DNA of 46,378 bases, the filler included, from Jimgerdemannia flammicorona (Eukaryota), in assembly GCA_003990765.1 (NCBI GenBank). It is 2 parts of 2 records of this genome, joined end to end, with 100 filler letters (N's around TTAATTAATTAA, not from the genome) between each part and the next. Parts side by side here need not be neighbours in the genome. Positions count along the whole stretch, not along the records: positions 1 to 23,139 come from RBNJ01001152.1; positions 23,240 to 46,378 come from RBNJ01001153.1. One strand, written 5' to 3'. The position numbers were made by a program, and so were the translations under genes. Each line of letters starts with the position of its first letter. Position 1 is the first letter of the stretch. Shown here piece after piece: positions 14,901 through 25,665 of the stretch. The notes under the pieces are model-generated. The model saw only the letters and a list, made by a program, of their open reading frames with translations, was not told where the DNA came from and searched no databases.

Positions 14901-16700
14901 TAGCTTATCCTAAGTACTATTACTTATGTGGACAATTATAGAGTTATTCTTATTCTTGAATTTTTTCTAATAACTATCCAAAGATAGTATTAAAGAAGTA
15001 GACAGCTCAGGTTCTATTTACAGTCTATTTTTATTAGCTATATTCTACTCTTATAATATTTAGAAGAGTTTCTAGTCTTATAGTAAATGCTTCAATATCT
15101 TCTTTTCTATTATTATAGAATTATAGATTCTTGAGCTTAGTTCTAACTTCAGTAATATGGACAGAGTTACAGAACTATTGGATAATTAGTTCCTTTAAGC
15201 TCATAGTGACTAAATAGACTTTATGGTTAGGATAATTATTATCTTCTTTACTTATATTAATTTTGATATAGGTTTCTTGATAAGAGAGTATACTAATAGA
15301 TTATATTACTACTGAGCAGCTATATATATAAAATAAGTAGTAACTTTCTCTACTTATAATTCTGCCATTATATAGAGATCTTTAATCTCATAATACTTAT
15401 TATTATTAAGAATACTATTTAAATTTCAATTGTCATTTTATCTATAAGTATGATAATTAGTATCAACTTGGTCTATAAATATTGTTACTTGATCTACTTT
15501 ATCTTTGAAGAGAGTAAGGTAGAGGCCTTTTATTGGTTTATTTATTTCAATACTACTATATATCTTATTATCTACTAATATCATTCTGCTATCTCTATTA
15601 TTTATTTGGTAAGATAGTTGGAGTTCTTTTTCTATAATATATTGATCATAGTTTAGGATTAGTTCTTCTATAATATTACTGAGGTGGGTGAGTCTATAGG
15701 CTAGTAGTAGTTCTATAATAGTACTGAAGTCATTAACATTAGGTTCAGGTGTCTCTTCAATTATCCTCTTAGATCTAAATGATATGATAGAGGTCTTGCT
15801 GGATCTGATAGCTTGTAGTTTTTGTTACTGAATTATTTTCAATTATATGTATAGAGAATTTGATAATAAAGTGAGATTTCTTTTAATTGATATAATATCT
15901 CTTATAGTTTAGGAAGATCTTAACTTTATAATAGTAATTATTGAGGAGAAGGTTCAGAAAATATTTACTTGTAGTCTCAATAGATTCTTATATATTTTTT
16001 TTATAGAGATATCTACTGACTAGCTTATTGAATTTCTCCTTAAGTTCAGAAGTATAGAGGACTTCTTTTTTGAGTATAAGAAAGATGTTAAATACTTCTT
16101 AAATAGTTTTATTGTTAAGTTTGTCAAAATTCTCTTAGCTAGTATAGATTTTAGTCTACTTAGTAATAATTCTGTTAAATTCTTTAGCTTGAGTCTGGGG
16201 AGTATTTAGAGTAAAGGTACTTTTTGATTATTACTAATAATATTAGCAATATTTACTGATTCTGATTATCTGTAGTAGATTTTTAAAGAAAGATTACTTA
16301 TGAGTAAAAAGTAACTGCTTCTACTACTAAATTATAATAAAACTATATATTGATAGAATTAATATATTATAAATAGTCAATAGTAACTGTCAGTTCTAAG
16401 TTCTATATTCTTAAAGTTACAATTATATATTATAGTAGAGTTTAGATATTGCTTTCAGATTCTTATACTGGAGATAATATCATACTTATATCTCAAGCTG
16501 ATTAGGCTCAAAATCATTAACAAGTCAGATCTGAGAGTTCTGTAAAAAAAATACTACTTTATTTTTATATTTGGAGAAAGTAAAGCTAATATTTCAATAT
16601 ATTCAGTATAGAGAGTATTTATATATATTTGATACTATGACTAAATATAATATACTGAGTATATTTATATACAGTTATACTACTTTAGATAGTTATAACT
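8993..16700 (-). mobile_element. Highly degenerate Ty3/Gypsy LTR retrotransposon (gag-PR-RT-RH-IN, probable chromodomain)
   Basis: Minus-strand remnants in Gypsy order: zinc knuckle YFYCKKK (~14700), protease ILIDSRA (~13780), RT VFILVYLDDILIY (~12745), RNase H FIVTTDAS (~12295), integrase HHCC region (~10000-10150), SIAYYLQIDSQTERTN*TL (~9625-9680) and chromodomain-like EYKVDYILD (~9040). It probably continues at 193-228 beyond the hAT. The LTR (~16330-16700) is tentative. Confidence 0.88.
10361..11705 (+). mobile_element. Unclassified repeat fragment inserted in the Gypsy pol region, with an LTR-like 3' part
   Basis: Interrupts the RH-IN linker, is less AT-rich and has plus-strand ORF remnants. 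TATAAATA and AATAAA occur near 11600-11630. No TSD identified. Confidence 0.4.
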
Positions 16701-17300
16701 ACTAGTCAGAAATTCTATAAGAATTTCTATAAGAATTTTCATAAGAATTTCTATCAGAATTTTCAATAGCTTTTATAGATATATAATAATTTATTATAGT
16801 ATCTACTATATTACAATATTTAGTTATTTTATAATATAAATATATAATAAGAAAATATCTTATAACTGCTGAAAAAATATATTAAAACTTATATTAAAAA
16901 ATAAAATAAAATAAAATAAAACCTAATTAATAAATAAGAAAATAAAATTAAAATAAATTTATTTTATTAAATTTAAATACTTAAAAATTATTATTAGTAT
17001 TTATAATTAATTAATTTTTAATTAATTAATTTTTAAATTTTTATAATTATTAATTCTAAAGTATTAATATTATTATTTATAGTATTATAATGAAATATAT
17101 TATAAATTCTAATAATAAAAATATTATTATTACTTTTTAATTAACTTTATAAATTTTATTAAACTGTTGAGAATTAGTTAAGATATTTAATAGTATAGTT
17201 ATAATTTTAATTATCTTATTTGTTAAATATTTTCTTATAGTTAGATCTCACTATCTTTATATCTTATTCCTCTGTAGTAATCTTTATATTTATCTAGATC
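16700..17300. repeat. Extremely AT-rich relic sequence at the repeat/gene boundary
   Basis: Long stretches almost lack G and C. TCTATAAGAATT repeats at ~16710-16760. Confidence 0.6.
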
Positions 17301-17520
17301 AGTGTCATGTGCTTGTCCAAAATTAGATTTTTTACAACAAAATACTTTGCATGGTCTTATATATATATAATACAATGAAACTTCTTGCTATTATGACATG
17401 TTTTAACACTGAGTGAGGCATTGATGTCGCGGATCGTCAACTTCCCAAAGAGTGGTGACGGTCAATTTCCTGTAGATTGTCAAACTGGTTAAACCGACAA
17501 CTCTTCCAACGACAACCACA

Positions 17521-18423
17521 ATGGAACCAGCCGCCTACCCGGAACCCCAGAATATCATGTTCAAGGAGATCTTTAATTCTCTCCAGTGCCAGATTTGCCT
17601 GGACACCATGAATGACCCACGCACCCTCCCCTGTGGCCACAACTTCTGCCGGGAATGTATCAACAACCTGGTCACCGCGCAACGTAACCGCTCGTCAAGC
17701 CTCCAGTGCCCGAATAACTGCCACCCGACGACCCGCATCGACCTCGACAACGTCAAGAATCTTCCCCGAAACTTCACCCTCTGCAGCATCATCGAGTCCA
17801 TGAACCAGGTCAAACGCTGCGAGAGCCACGACAACTACGTCGGCTTTATTGATATGGCCGACGGCAAGCTGCTCTGCCAGCACTGCCTCAAGAAAGAGCA
17901 GTTCCGGCTCAGTTTCGCAAAGGTCCGTCTGGTCACACAAGCCGACCCATCTGCCACACCCTCGACCACAGTAAGGATTAGGATTCCGAGGCTCTCCCTG
18001 CCCCCCGGGATTCTAACCCTCTCCAAAGCCGAGGAAGTCGTTAAATCCAACCTCGAAACCCTCATCGTCCAGTCCAAGTCCTTGGTGGCGAAAATGAAGT
18101 CTCTGGAGACGCAGTTCCGCAACGACATAAAAGCCATTCGCAGGAGCGCTGCTTCCCTTTCCAAAGCCATCGCCACTATCTCCAAAACCGCCGAAGACAC
18201 CTCCATCATGCTCAAAGCTCAGTGCGGCCAGGCCGCTCCGGAAAAGCTCATTCCGTTCCTCATATCTGCCATGCAGCTTCAGTCCTCTTTTGCCTCAGAC
18301 CTTGACGCCGCCTCCAAGACGCTTGACGCCGCAAAGAACCTCAAAAGTCCTTCCAAAATTCCTCGTTACAGGTCCAACCTTGTCTTCTCTCCCCGTAAGC
18401 TTGAGGTCGCTGGACCTCTTTAA
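17521..18423 (+). CDS. RING-HC finger protein with B-box-like motif and coiled coil (TRIM/RBCC-like, putative E3 ligase)
   Basis: CQIC-x11[10 protein letters not shown]16-CPNNC RING, then C-x2-H-x7-D-x2-D-x4-C-x2-C, then a heptad-rich helical region. 300-aa GC-rich ORF. The internal exon structure is uncertain. Confidence 0.85.
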   Translation: MEPAAYPEPQNIMFKEIFNSLQCQICLDTMNDPRTLPCGHNFCRECINNLVTAQRNRSSSLQCPNNCHPTTRIDLDNVKNLPRNFTLCSIIESMNQVKRCESHDNYVGFIDMADGKLLCQHCLKKEQFRLSFAKVRLVTQADPSATPSTTVRIRIPRLSLPPGILTLSKAEEVVKSNLETLIVQSKSLVAKMKSLETQFRNDIKAIRRSAASLSKAIATISKTAEDTSIMLKAQCGQAAPEKLIPFLISAMQLQSSFASDLDAASKTLDAAKNLKSPSKIPRYRSNLVFSPRKLEVAGPL

Positions 18424-18494
18424 GGTAACTTGGGCCGATGATATATCAGTCCCACAAAGATCTACGGGAAGCCGGCAAAGTATTTGGTTGGAAC

Positions 18495-18645
18495 CCAAAG
18501 TGTACGAGCCTGCAGTGTACGAGCCCGAAGTATACGAGCCTGAAGTATACGAGCCTGAAGTATACGAGCCTGAAGTATATGAGTCTGAAGTGTATGAGTC
18601 TGAAGTATATGAGGCTGAAGTTACGGGCCAGAAGTATATGAGCCA
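18495..18645 (+). repeat. 15-bp tandem repeat (GAAGTATACGAGCCT)
   Basis: About 9 units just downstream of the RING gene stop. Confidence 0.9.
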
Positions 18646-18699
18646 GGCAACTTGTATTATTAAACTAGTGAGAATTTGAGGAGTTTAATGCTGATATTA

Positions 18700-19100
18700 A
18701 ACACATTCAGCATTGCCTTGTGATATTTCTTCTTCTTTGTATTATTTTATTGACAGAGTGTTTATATGTATAATATCATCATATAGAATTTTGTTATTTC
18801 TTTTTCTTTTCTTTTAAAATATAAATACTAACTTTTTAGTAACATAAATATCTAATGCTTAAAATGTTTAACTAGCTCTGTAGTTATATTTTATTTAATA
18901 TTTCTACATAAGTTTATATTGTAAAAAGAAAAAATATATAGTTATCGAGATAAGATAATACAACATAATTATAATAAAAAAGAAACACTAGTAGTAAAGC
19001 CTCCTAGCATCCTACATTTCCAATCTTTTTACAATATATGAACTCAATAAACATGAAATACATCCGACTTGAGTTTATTTTTATCTCAAGTACTCTATTG
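18700..19100. repeat. AT-rich degenerate repeat relic
   Basis: Abrupt AT-rich, CpG-poor block between two GC-rich genes. Confidence 0.45.
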
Positions 19101-19597
19101 ACATCATAATGTAATATTCGTACATCCCCATGTCATCACGCACAAGGCCATTTCATTCGGTTGATTCACAACCATCGCCAAGGCCCGATGCGAAGGGTTA
19201 TGCCGTAATCCGAAACTCCTCCAATAAAATCGTCGTGATCACAAACGTCAGCTGTGTAGAAACTGACCCCTGTCACCACGTCGAAGCGTAAGAATTCGAG
19301 TGCCCCGCACTATTATGTAAAGCTCTCTTGTAGCAACGTGCTGCCTGTGCATATTATATTTCATGTAAAACCGGATCGGCATCCGTTTTTTAAATGTTGC
19401 AGGGTCATTGTCAGCGCCTGCTAACGCAAGCATCCACTTCCAGCTACGAGTGTAACATATAGTAATCGACAGGGATAACCTAAACGCGGAATTAGAACCC
19501 CCTGAACCTCAATTTGTAGCCTGATCCCCCTTATACTGTTGACCCCCTTGCCCTCTCCTTCCCCTTTCATAACCTTTCATAATTTCAAAACAAAGCC

Positions 19598-20788
19598 ATG
19601 TCGGAAACCGGTAGCAACGGATCGGGGACGCCTGATGTACCCGAGGGGTTCAAGTACATCCATAATCCCGTTAGTAACAGCAAATATCTTTTGCCCAGCG
19701 ATAATGAGGAGATCAACCGGCTCGACTATCAGGTATCAGCGTCTCTCCCCTTGTTGTTTAATCGAAATATTGTTGGTTTATCCCGGTAAATTATTTATTC
19801 CCTTTCTTCGTGGTGCACCGTAGCATTACGTGGTTCGGTGAGCAAGGAAGTTCAATCTCTGCGGAACCAGATGAATTGTCCCGTACGACTTGCGTACCAC
19901 AACATCTGACCGTTCCACCGTACTTCCCCAGCCAACTCCTCCACGGCAACTTCAATGCCCCCATGGAAAAAGCCCTCGAGCGCGGCATCAAGGTTCTAGA
20001 CGCCGGCTGCGGCAGTGGCCGCTGGGCACTCGAGCTAGCTGAGGCGTATCCGAATTCCATTTTCGTTGGCGCCGACATGAGAAACATGTTCCCGACCTCC
20101 AACGTCCCGCCCAATTGCACCTTCATTCAGGCTAACACCCTGCACGGACTACCCTTCCCCGATGGCGAATTCGACTACGTCTTCCAACGGTTCCTCGTGC
20201 TGGCGTACACCCCCGATGACTGGGCCACAGCCACCAAAGAACTTGCCCGCGTGACGAAATTCGGGGGATGGCTTGAGCTGTTTGAGGGGACGCTTAAGAT
20301 GGAGAGGCCGCCGGAGCGGTATGGAGAGTTTTATGATGCTGGTATGTCTTGATTACGGTACCATACTCCGTGTTTTTTATTTTTATTTTTTATTTTTTTT
20401 TATACCTTCTTCGACGGCACCGCACCGTTCACTATTGTTTTCTCTTGCGCCAAAATTAGTCCTCGCCGCCACCCACGCCCGAGACATAGATATGGAACTC
20501 GTGCAGAAGGTTGGCGATTTTCTCGTGGCCAACAACTTCATCCATATCACCGCCGACTATATCTCATGTCCAATAGGGTGGCACGGCCGGGTTGGAAATC
20601 TCATGTGCCAGAACACGATTGCGGCGCTTTTGGCGCTCAAGCCCATGGTAATGCCGCACATGAAGACAATGACCGACGAGGAGTACACGGTCGTGCTGGA
20701 GGAGATGAGGGGAAAGTTTGGGAAGAGACAGACCTTCACCAATGCGCCGTATACATTCGGGATGAAGCCGTTCAAGTTGGATATATAA
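19598..20788 (+). CDS. LaeA-like class I SAM-dependent methyltransferase, 4 exons (19598-19732, 19824-19837, 19932-20341, 20460-20788)
   Basis: YLLPSDNEEINRLDYQH motif across the exon 1/2 junction, motif I VLDAGCGSGRW, LPFPDGEFDYVFQR, and ELARVTKFGGWLELFE. All three GT-AG introns preserve frame. Confidence 0.92.
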
Positions 20789-21237
20789 TGTGTGCTTGGG
20801 GGGCGAATTCGAGGTCTATTGAAGCACGCTAGTTAGATAGTGATTAAACATTATGTATGATACAATGTAGCAAAGTTTGCACGGCTACATAAATTCTGGT
20901 GTAAACGGCGATACATGGCAATATATAAACGTTCATCCTTATCCCAGCTTCTGGAAGTGTCGAGCTCCGTCATCCCTTTCCTCCTCATCCTCACAAAGAC
21001 CTACGGCCCTGGTTTCGAGATAAGTAAATCTGCAGGGCAGTTTAAACGATATCCCGGGACATCCTTCCTCGACGTATCGATCACGATCATCGAATAAGAA
21101 ACCGTCGATCCAAGTGCTCCATCGCCTGATCAGTATATACGTCGTCGATCATTTATTTTACGCCTGACTGTTTGTCCTTTACAACTACCCAAACGCTCTC
21201 TTTTCACTTGTAACGAAGATCCGCACTGTTAAACGCC

Positions 21238-22059
21238 ATGACCCAATCTCGCAAACATGGCAACATACCGGATACATACGGCACTGTTCACTCAACAACA
21301 CAGACAGAGGTGACCGACTGCGGCACCGACAGCGCACAACCTCTCGTCGCAAAGCCGACCCCTAAGCCCGTCTATACCTACCCTCAAAACCCCTTCCCCA
21401 CTTATGTTCTTTCCGCCCTCATCGTCGCCCTGGCCATCATCCTGACGGCGTCGCCGAACCCGACGACGTGGTCGACCTTCCTCGCCAACCTCACGCTATC
21501 GCACCCGGAGCGCGGCGAGGCCGGCTACGGCCTCTTTCTGATCCGCGGCCACCACCAGACCGTAGCATTCGCCTACGCGTGGCGGCTCATCAACCCTACA
21601 TTCTGGTCCCGGTTCACCAGCTGGTCCGGATACGTCGTGCATCAGCTGGGTCAGTTCTACATCGTCGCACAAGCGCAGCTCGCGAAGCGGCGGGGAGAAA
21701 TCTCGTGGGCGGGGACGCTGAATAAGTATGGTTGGCAGATGCTTCAGCTTAACATACTGATGGTCGCTTATAAGTTATTCCAGGGGCATATCTGGTACGA
21801 TGGCACTGCGCAAGATTTACCTGGTAAGTGAGGTGGACCCAAATGAGTTCGTAGGTTTTGGGTAAACGGCAATATGAGCTCGACTCGTCCTCTTCGTTTT
21901 TTTCTTTTTTTTTCCGCTGTGTCTGATCTACAGAGGGAACTAGCTTGGCCAGTGTGGCGATGATTTTAGTCTTGGATTTACTTATGGAGCTGCCAAGGTA
22001 CGTAGGGATTTTGCCAAATGCACGCCTTTTATAAACGTGGCATTTTAGAATATTGATAT

Positions 22060-22134
<75 letters not shown>

Positions 22135-22986
22135 CATTAGTTGGACAGACGTGGTCTTTTCTTTGGGAACGTACGATCTCTCGCTGGCGGCATTGCGGCT
22201 AAGGATATGTTCGAGTTCCTCAGCAGATACCATGCCTATCTTTTTAGGTACATATACGTGCACAGATATTCTTCATACAATATCGTTGTAACCTCAATAT
22301 CACCTCATTAAAGCCCCGATATTTTCACGACCTAAACCCCCAGCTTCGGCACTTGCTACACCTTCCACTATCACCCACCGGAAGCGACGCTCGGCCACTT
22401 TTCAGGCTTCTTCTACATGTTCCTTCTCTTCTGGCAATCGTCTCTTCTCTTCCACACCTCTCACCGCAACCACACCTGGACGACCGCCCTTGAGTGCACC
22501 GTCTGGCTGCACGGGTTTCTCACCGCCATCTTTCAGGGCGGTCACGGCTGGCTCATCTTCACCTATGGCTTCGCTACTATCTTCATCTTCACCCAGTTCT
22601 GGGGTCTCCCCTACGTCCAACAGCAACGGGCCCTGGGGAACAAGCTGTTCTCCGTTCCGGCCGTGCTGGCCATCTACGCTGCGCTCGTCACGCTCGGTTT
22701 CGGCCTATCCGGAAATCTGAGTCGCATCTTTTTCGTCACTTTCATACCAACCTCCGAGTATGCTTACCTTGTCTTCTATTGGTTGGCCTTCCTGGCGTGC
22801 TGGAACATTGTGCGCGGACTCGAACGTGTCGGAGTACTGAGAGAAGATATAGACGGTAGGCCCGGGTGGGCCAAGGTGATTGTAGTGGTGGCGCTGTATT
22901 TCGCCATCAACTTGGTCGTTCTGCTCGCATATTCGGTCATGCTGGGCGGGCCGTTGAAGATTTATAACGACTACAATAACGAATAA
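21238..22986 (+). CDS. Uncharacterised multi-pass membrane protein, 4 exons (21238-21823, 21934-21997, 22149-22247, 22344-22986)
   Basis: Frame-preserving GT-AG introns and many hydrophobic segments. Motifs WYDGTAQD, ELPRRGLFFG, RYHAY, TFHYHP, GHFSGFFY and LE-x4-HG. Confidence 0.88.
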
Positions 22987-23139
22987 ATGCGGTGCGTAGC
23001 ATCGATCCAGCAGTTTTGGCTGCATAAAATCATCAATGTTACCGGTGCATGATATAACCACTTAAACCTGGACTTGGCTTTATAATCGAAGATAGAGTTT
23101 GTAAGGCCTAATACGTGTCACTGACATCATGGAATCAAA

Positions 23140-23239
23140 NNNNNNNNNNNNNNNNNNNNNNNNNNNNNNNNNNNNNNNNNNNNTTAATTAATTAANNNNN
23201 NNNNNNNNNNNNNNNNNNNNNNNNNNNNNNNNNNNNNNN
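23140..23239. other. Artificial contig linker/gap (N44-TTAATTAATTAA-N44)
   Basis: Exactly 100 bp and symmetric. The central 12-mer puts stop codons in all six frames. Confidence 0.95.
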
Positions 23240-23384
23240 TCTATTTTATAAAATTAAATTCTCAACCATCGATCGTAACAAGCAGCAAATTGAAAATTTC
23301 TAAAAATAATTCTGGTACTGCTGAGTTGTGACAGTGGACGCTTTAGTGAACCCCCAGTCTGGGACCCACAGTATTGTTATGACG

Positions 23385-23531
23385 TATTCTAGCCAATGGA
23401 ATGGTGATGTATTCTAGCCAATGGAACGGTGACGGCTTCTAGCCAATGGAACTGTGACGGCTTCTAGCCAATGGAACCGTGGCGGCTTCTAGCCAATGGA
23501 GCCAATGGAATCGTAGCGGCCTTGGCTATAA
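23385..23531 (+). promoter_or_regulatory. Tandem 25-bp CCAAT-box array and TATA-like element upstream of the IFI27-like gene
   Basis: Unit TTCTAGCCAATGGAAnnGTGACGGC. CCAAT at 23393, 23418, 23443, 23468, 23493 and 23502. TATAA at 23527, about 65 bp before the ATG. Confidence 0.65.
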
Positions 23532-23592
23532 CACCACAACAAAAACACAACACACACCACAACCAAATTAATCTCAACCAACCAACTCAAGA

Positions 23593-23760
23593 ATGGGTCT
23601 CTTCGCCGCTATCATCGTTGGCACTGTTGGCACCGTTGTCCTGGGCTTCTCTTCGGCCGGCATCATCGCTGGCAGTACTGCCGCTTTTGCCGGTAACGTC
23701 GCCGCCGGCTCTGTCATCGCCCAGCTCACCAGCTTGGCCATGCTCGCTCCCACTCCGTGA
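23593..23760 (+). CDS. IFI6/IFI27 (ISG12)-like small hydrophobic protein, short paralog (55 aa)
   Basis: MGLFAAIIVGTVGTVVLGFSSAGIIAGSTAAFAGNVAAGSVIAQLTSLAMLAPTP*. Below the ORF-track cutoff. Paralog of 29164-29379. Confidence 0.8.
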   Translation: MGLFAAIIVGTVGTVVLGFSSAGIIAGSTAAFAGNVAAGSVIAQLTSLAMLAPTP

Positions 23761-24072
23761 AATCGGTAGGTTTCGTGTGGCGGTTTGAAATTGCGAGATT
23801 TTTTGTCAAAAATTAACGTGTCTCCCTATCCACGCATAGGCACCTACTTGCTTGCGAAATTCCAAGCGCTGATGGTTGTTGGTCCTGTAGTTAGTGTCTC
23901 GTTGAAATTGATCCATGTATATGTTCAGTGCTGTAAGCTCTTTGTTCAGTGCTGTTCAGAGCTTCATGATTATCCCTTAGTTTGTGGTCACAACATGTAA
24001 ATTTGCATGCTATTTTTTTTATGATTTTTGTGTATATAATTACAAGTTATAAAAGTTTCGTTTTTGATTTTT

Positions 24073-24108
<36 letters not shown>

Positions 24109-24997
24109 AAGGATATAATACATCATTCCAAATCTCCAAACGTCACTAATGAAGAAGAAAATTGTGCACTATTAATTGGTTATTGAATATATGCATGCTT
24201 TTTTACTGGCCATGATAGCACATCTAAGACTACATGGTGATAATATATGTAGTGGGAAAACGGGACAAATATGAACCGACTAATTGATCCACGCAACACA
24301 ACGAAACTCTCCACCTAATCTAATGTGTCCTATCTAAAACCGGTTTGGGCCGTTTTGGTCCCAATCCGAAAATTTTGGTTTGGTTTATTCCCAATCCAAA
24401 TAGTTCCTATCAATGCTATGATGGACCAATCTCACTACTTCAAATACATACAACCAACGATGTCGCTTTTTGCCTGTTTCCTCGTCCTCACCTCTTCGTT
24501 CTCGCTTTCCTTATCAGCCTCGAATGCAAACAACGCCGGCGTCCACTCCCCTTCATATCCCTCTCCTTTTCCAACTCCAGCCCCTCCTCGATCCGGTTCT
24601 TCTCCGCATTCGCCGCCGAGTAATTCCGTTTCCCTCAATGCAGTTGTCACACCGGCCATCGTGCATCCCAACTGACACTCTAGGTGACATCTGACATCAG
24701 ACATCTAGGACATCTACGACATCTGAGATTGCATTGTCATCTGGGGATGCACCCCAATACTTTTACAAAACAACAGGCTGAACAAGACCCTGCAGTCGTT
24801 CGTGTTCACAATGCTCGAGATCACCAAAACGGGCAACAGCGATGAGAACGCCATCGACGCAAAGAGAAGCGTTGGCGTTTGTGTCGAAGAATATATGCTA
24901 AGTAAAGGGCTACCTCGGGGTTGTTGGAATAGGGTTGGTTGGATCGTGCGGGCTTTGCCAGCGCCGTTTAGAGAATGTTCCATGCGCCTGGGATCCG

Positions 24998-25030
<33 letters not shown>

Positions 25031-25344
25031 GTACTCGCGATTGGATCTCGATCAAAGCGTTCTATATACCGGCCGAAGCCTGTTTTCTTCCTTGGCTCGA
25101 ATGGCGATAGCGGGGACGAGGATGAGGAAAAAGATGATGTATGCCCTCTAGATATATATATATAAGCTTCCTTGATGTTTTTCCATCTTCGAGTCTTAAT
25201 TTTATATCTTTAATACCGCAAAAACGCACGTGAAGAAAACCGAGGCCCGCGCGTGCAAATACGAAGCAAGAGAAAGGCGGGGAATTTTAACTTTTCGGCG
25301 TTGCACTTGTTGAACGATCCACAGGGTACCTTCGAGGAGAAGTA

Positions 25345-25665
25345 CGTGGGCTACGTGGAGGAATTCAGAGGGATACGTGGAATCGTAAGGGTGGCCTACG
25401 AACAAAAAATTATGTATATACAAATAGCGAATCTTAATCGTAAAAAGCTCAGTCTTGAAATATCGAATAAGCCACGTGCATTCGCAAGGGGCAGATATCC
25501 AAGGAATCCGTGCCTTGGGAATGCACGCGGCTTATTCGATATTTCAAGACTGAGCTTTATTACAATCCATAAGATCCACTATTATACTATCTTATTCCTA
25601 CATAAGCCCGTTCGTGGCCTGTCCCTCTAATTCCCGTATCCCCCCTCGGATACCTCCATGTAAAC
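25345..25665. repeat. Foldback/palindromic element (MITE-like)
   Basis: Near-perfect core arms AAAGCTCAGTCTTGAAATATCGAATAAGCC.CGTGCATTC.CAAGG (~25444-25489 vs ~25513-25558), with more diverged outer arms. Confidence 0.8.

Larger units (their letters stand above)
23332..24324 (+). repeat. Left arm of a ~1 kb inverted duplication carrying an IFI27-like gene
   Basis: Matches the reverse complement of ~28638-29740, from CAGTATTGTTAT through the CDS to GAAACTCTCCACCTAATCTAAT. Confidence 0.9.

Noticed and set aside
19598..20788. Calling the methyltransferase laeA or part of a secondary-metabolite cluster
   Set aside because: It belongs to a large paralogous family, orthology cannot be shown, and no biosynthetic genes are nearby.
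24325..25165. Overlapping short ORFs, including signal-peptide-like stretches on both strands
   Set aside because: I could not build a consistent start or exon structure and recognised no family. It may be a gene relic.
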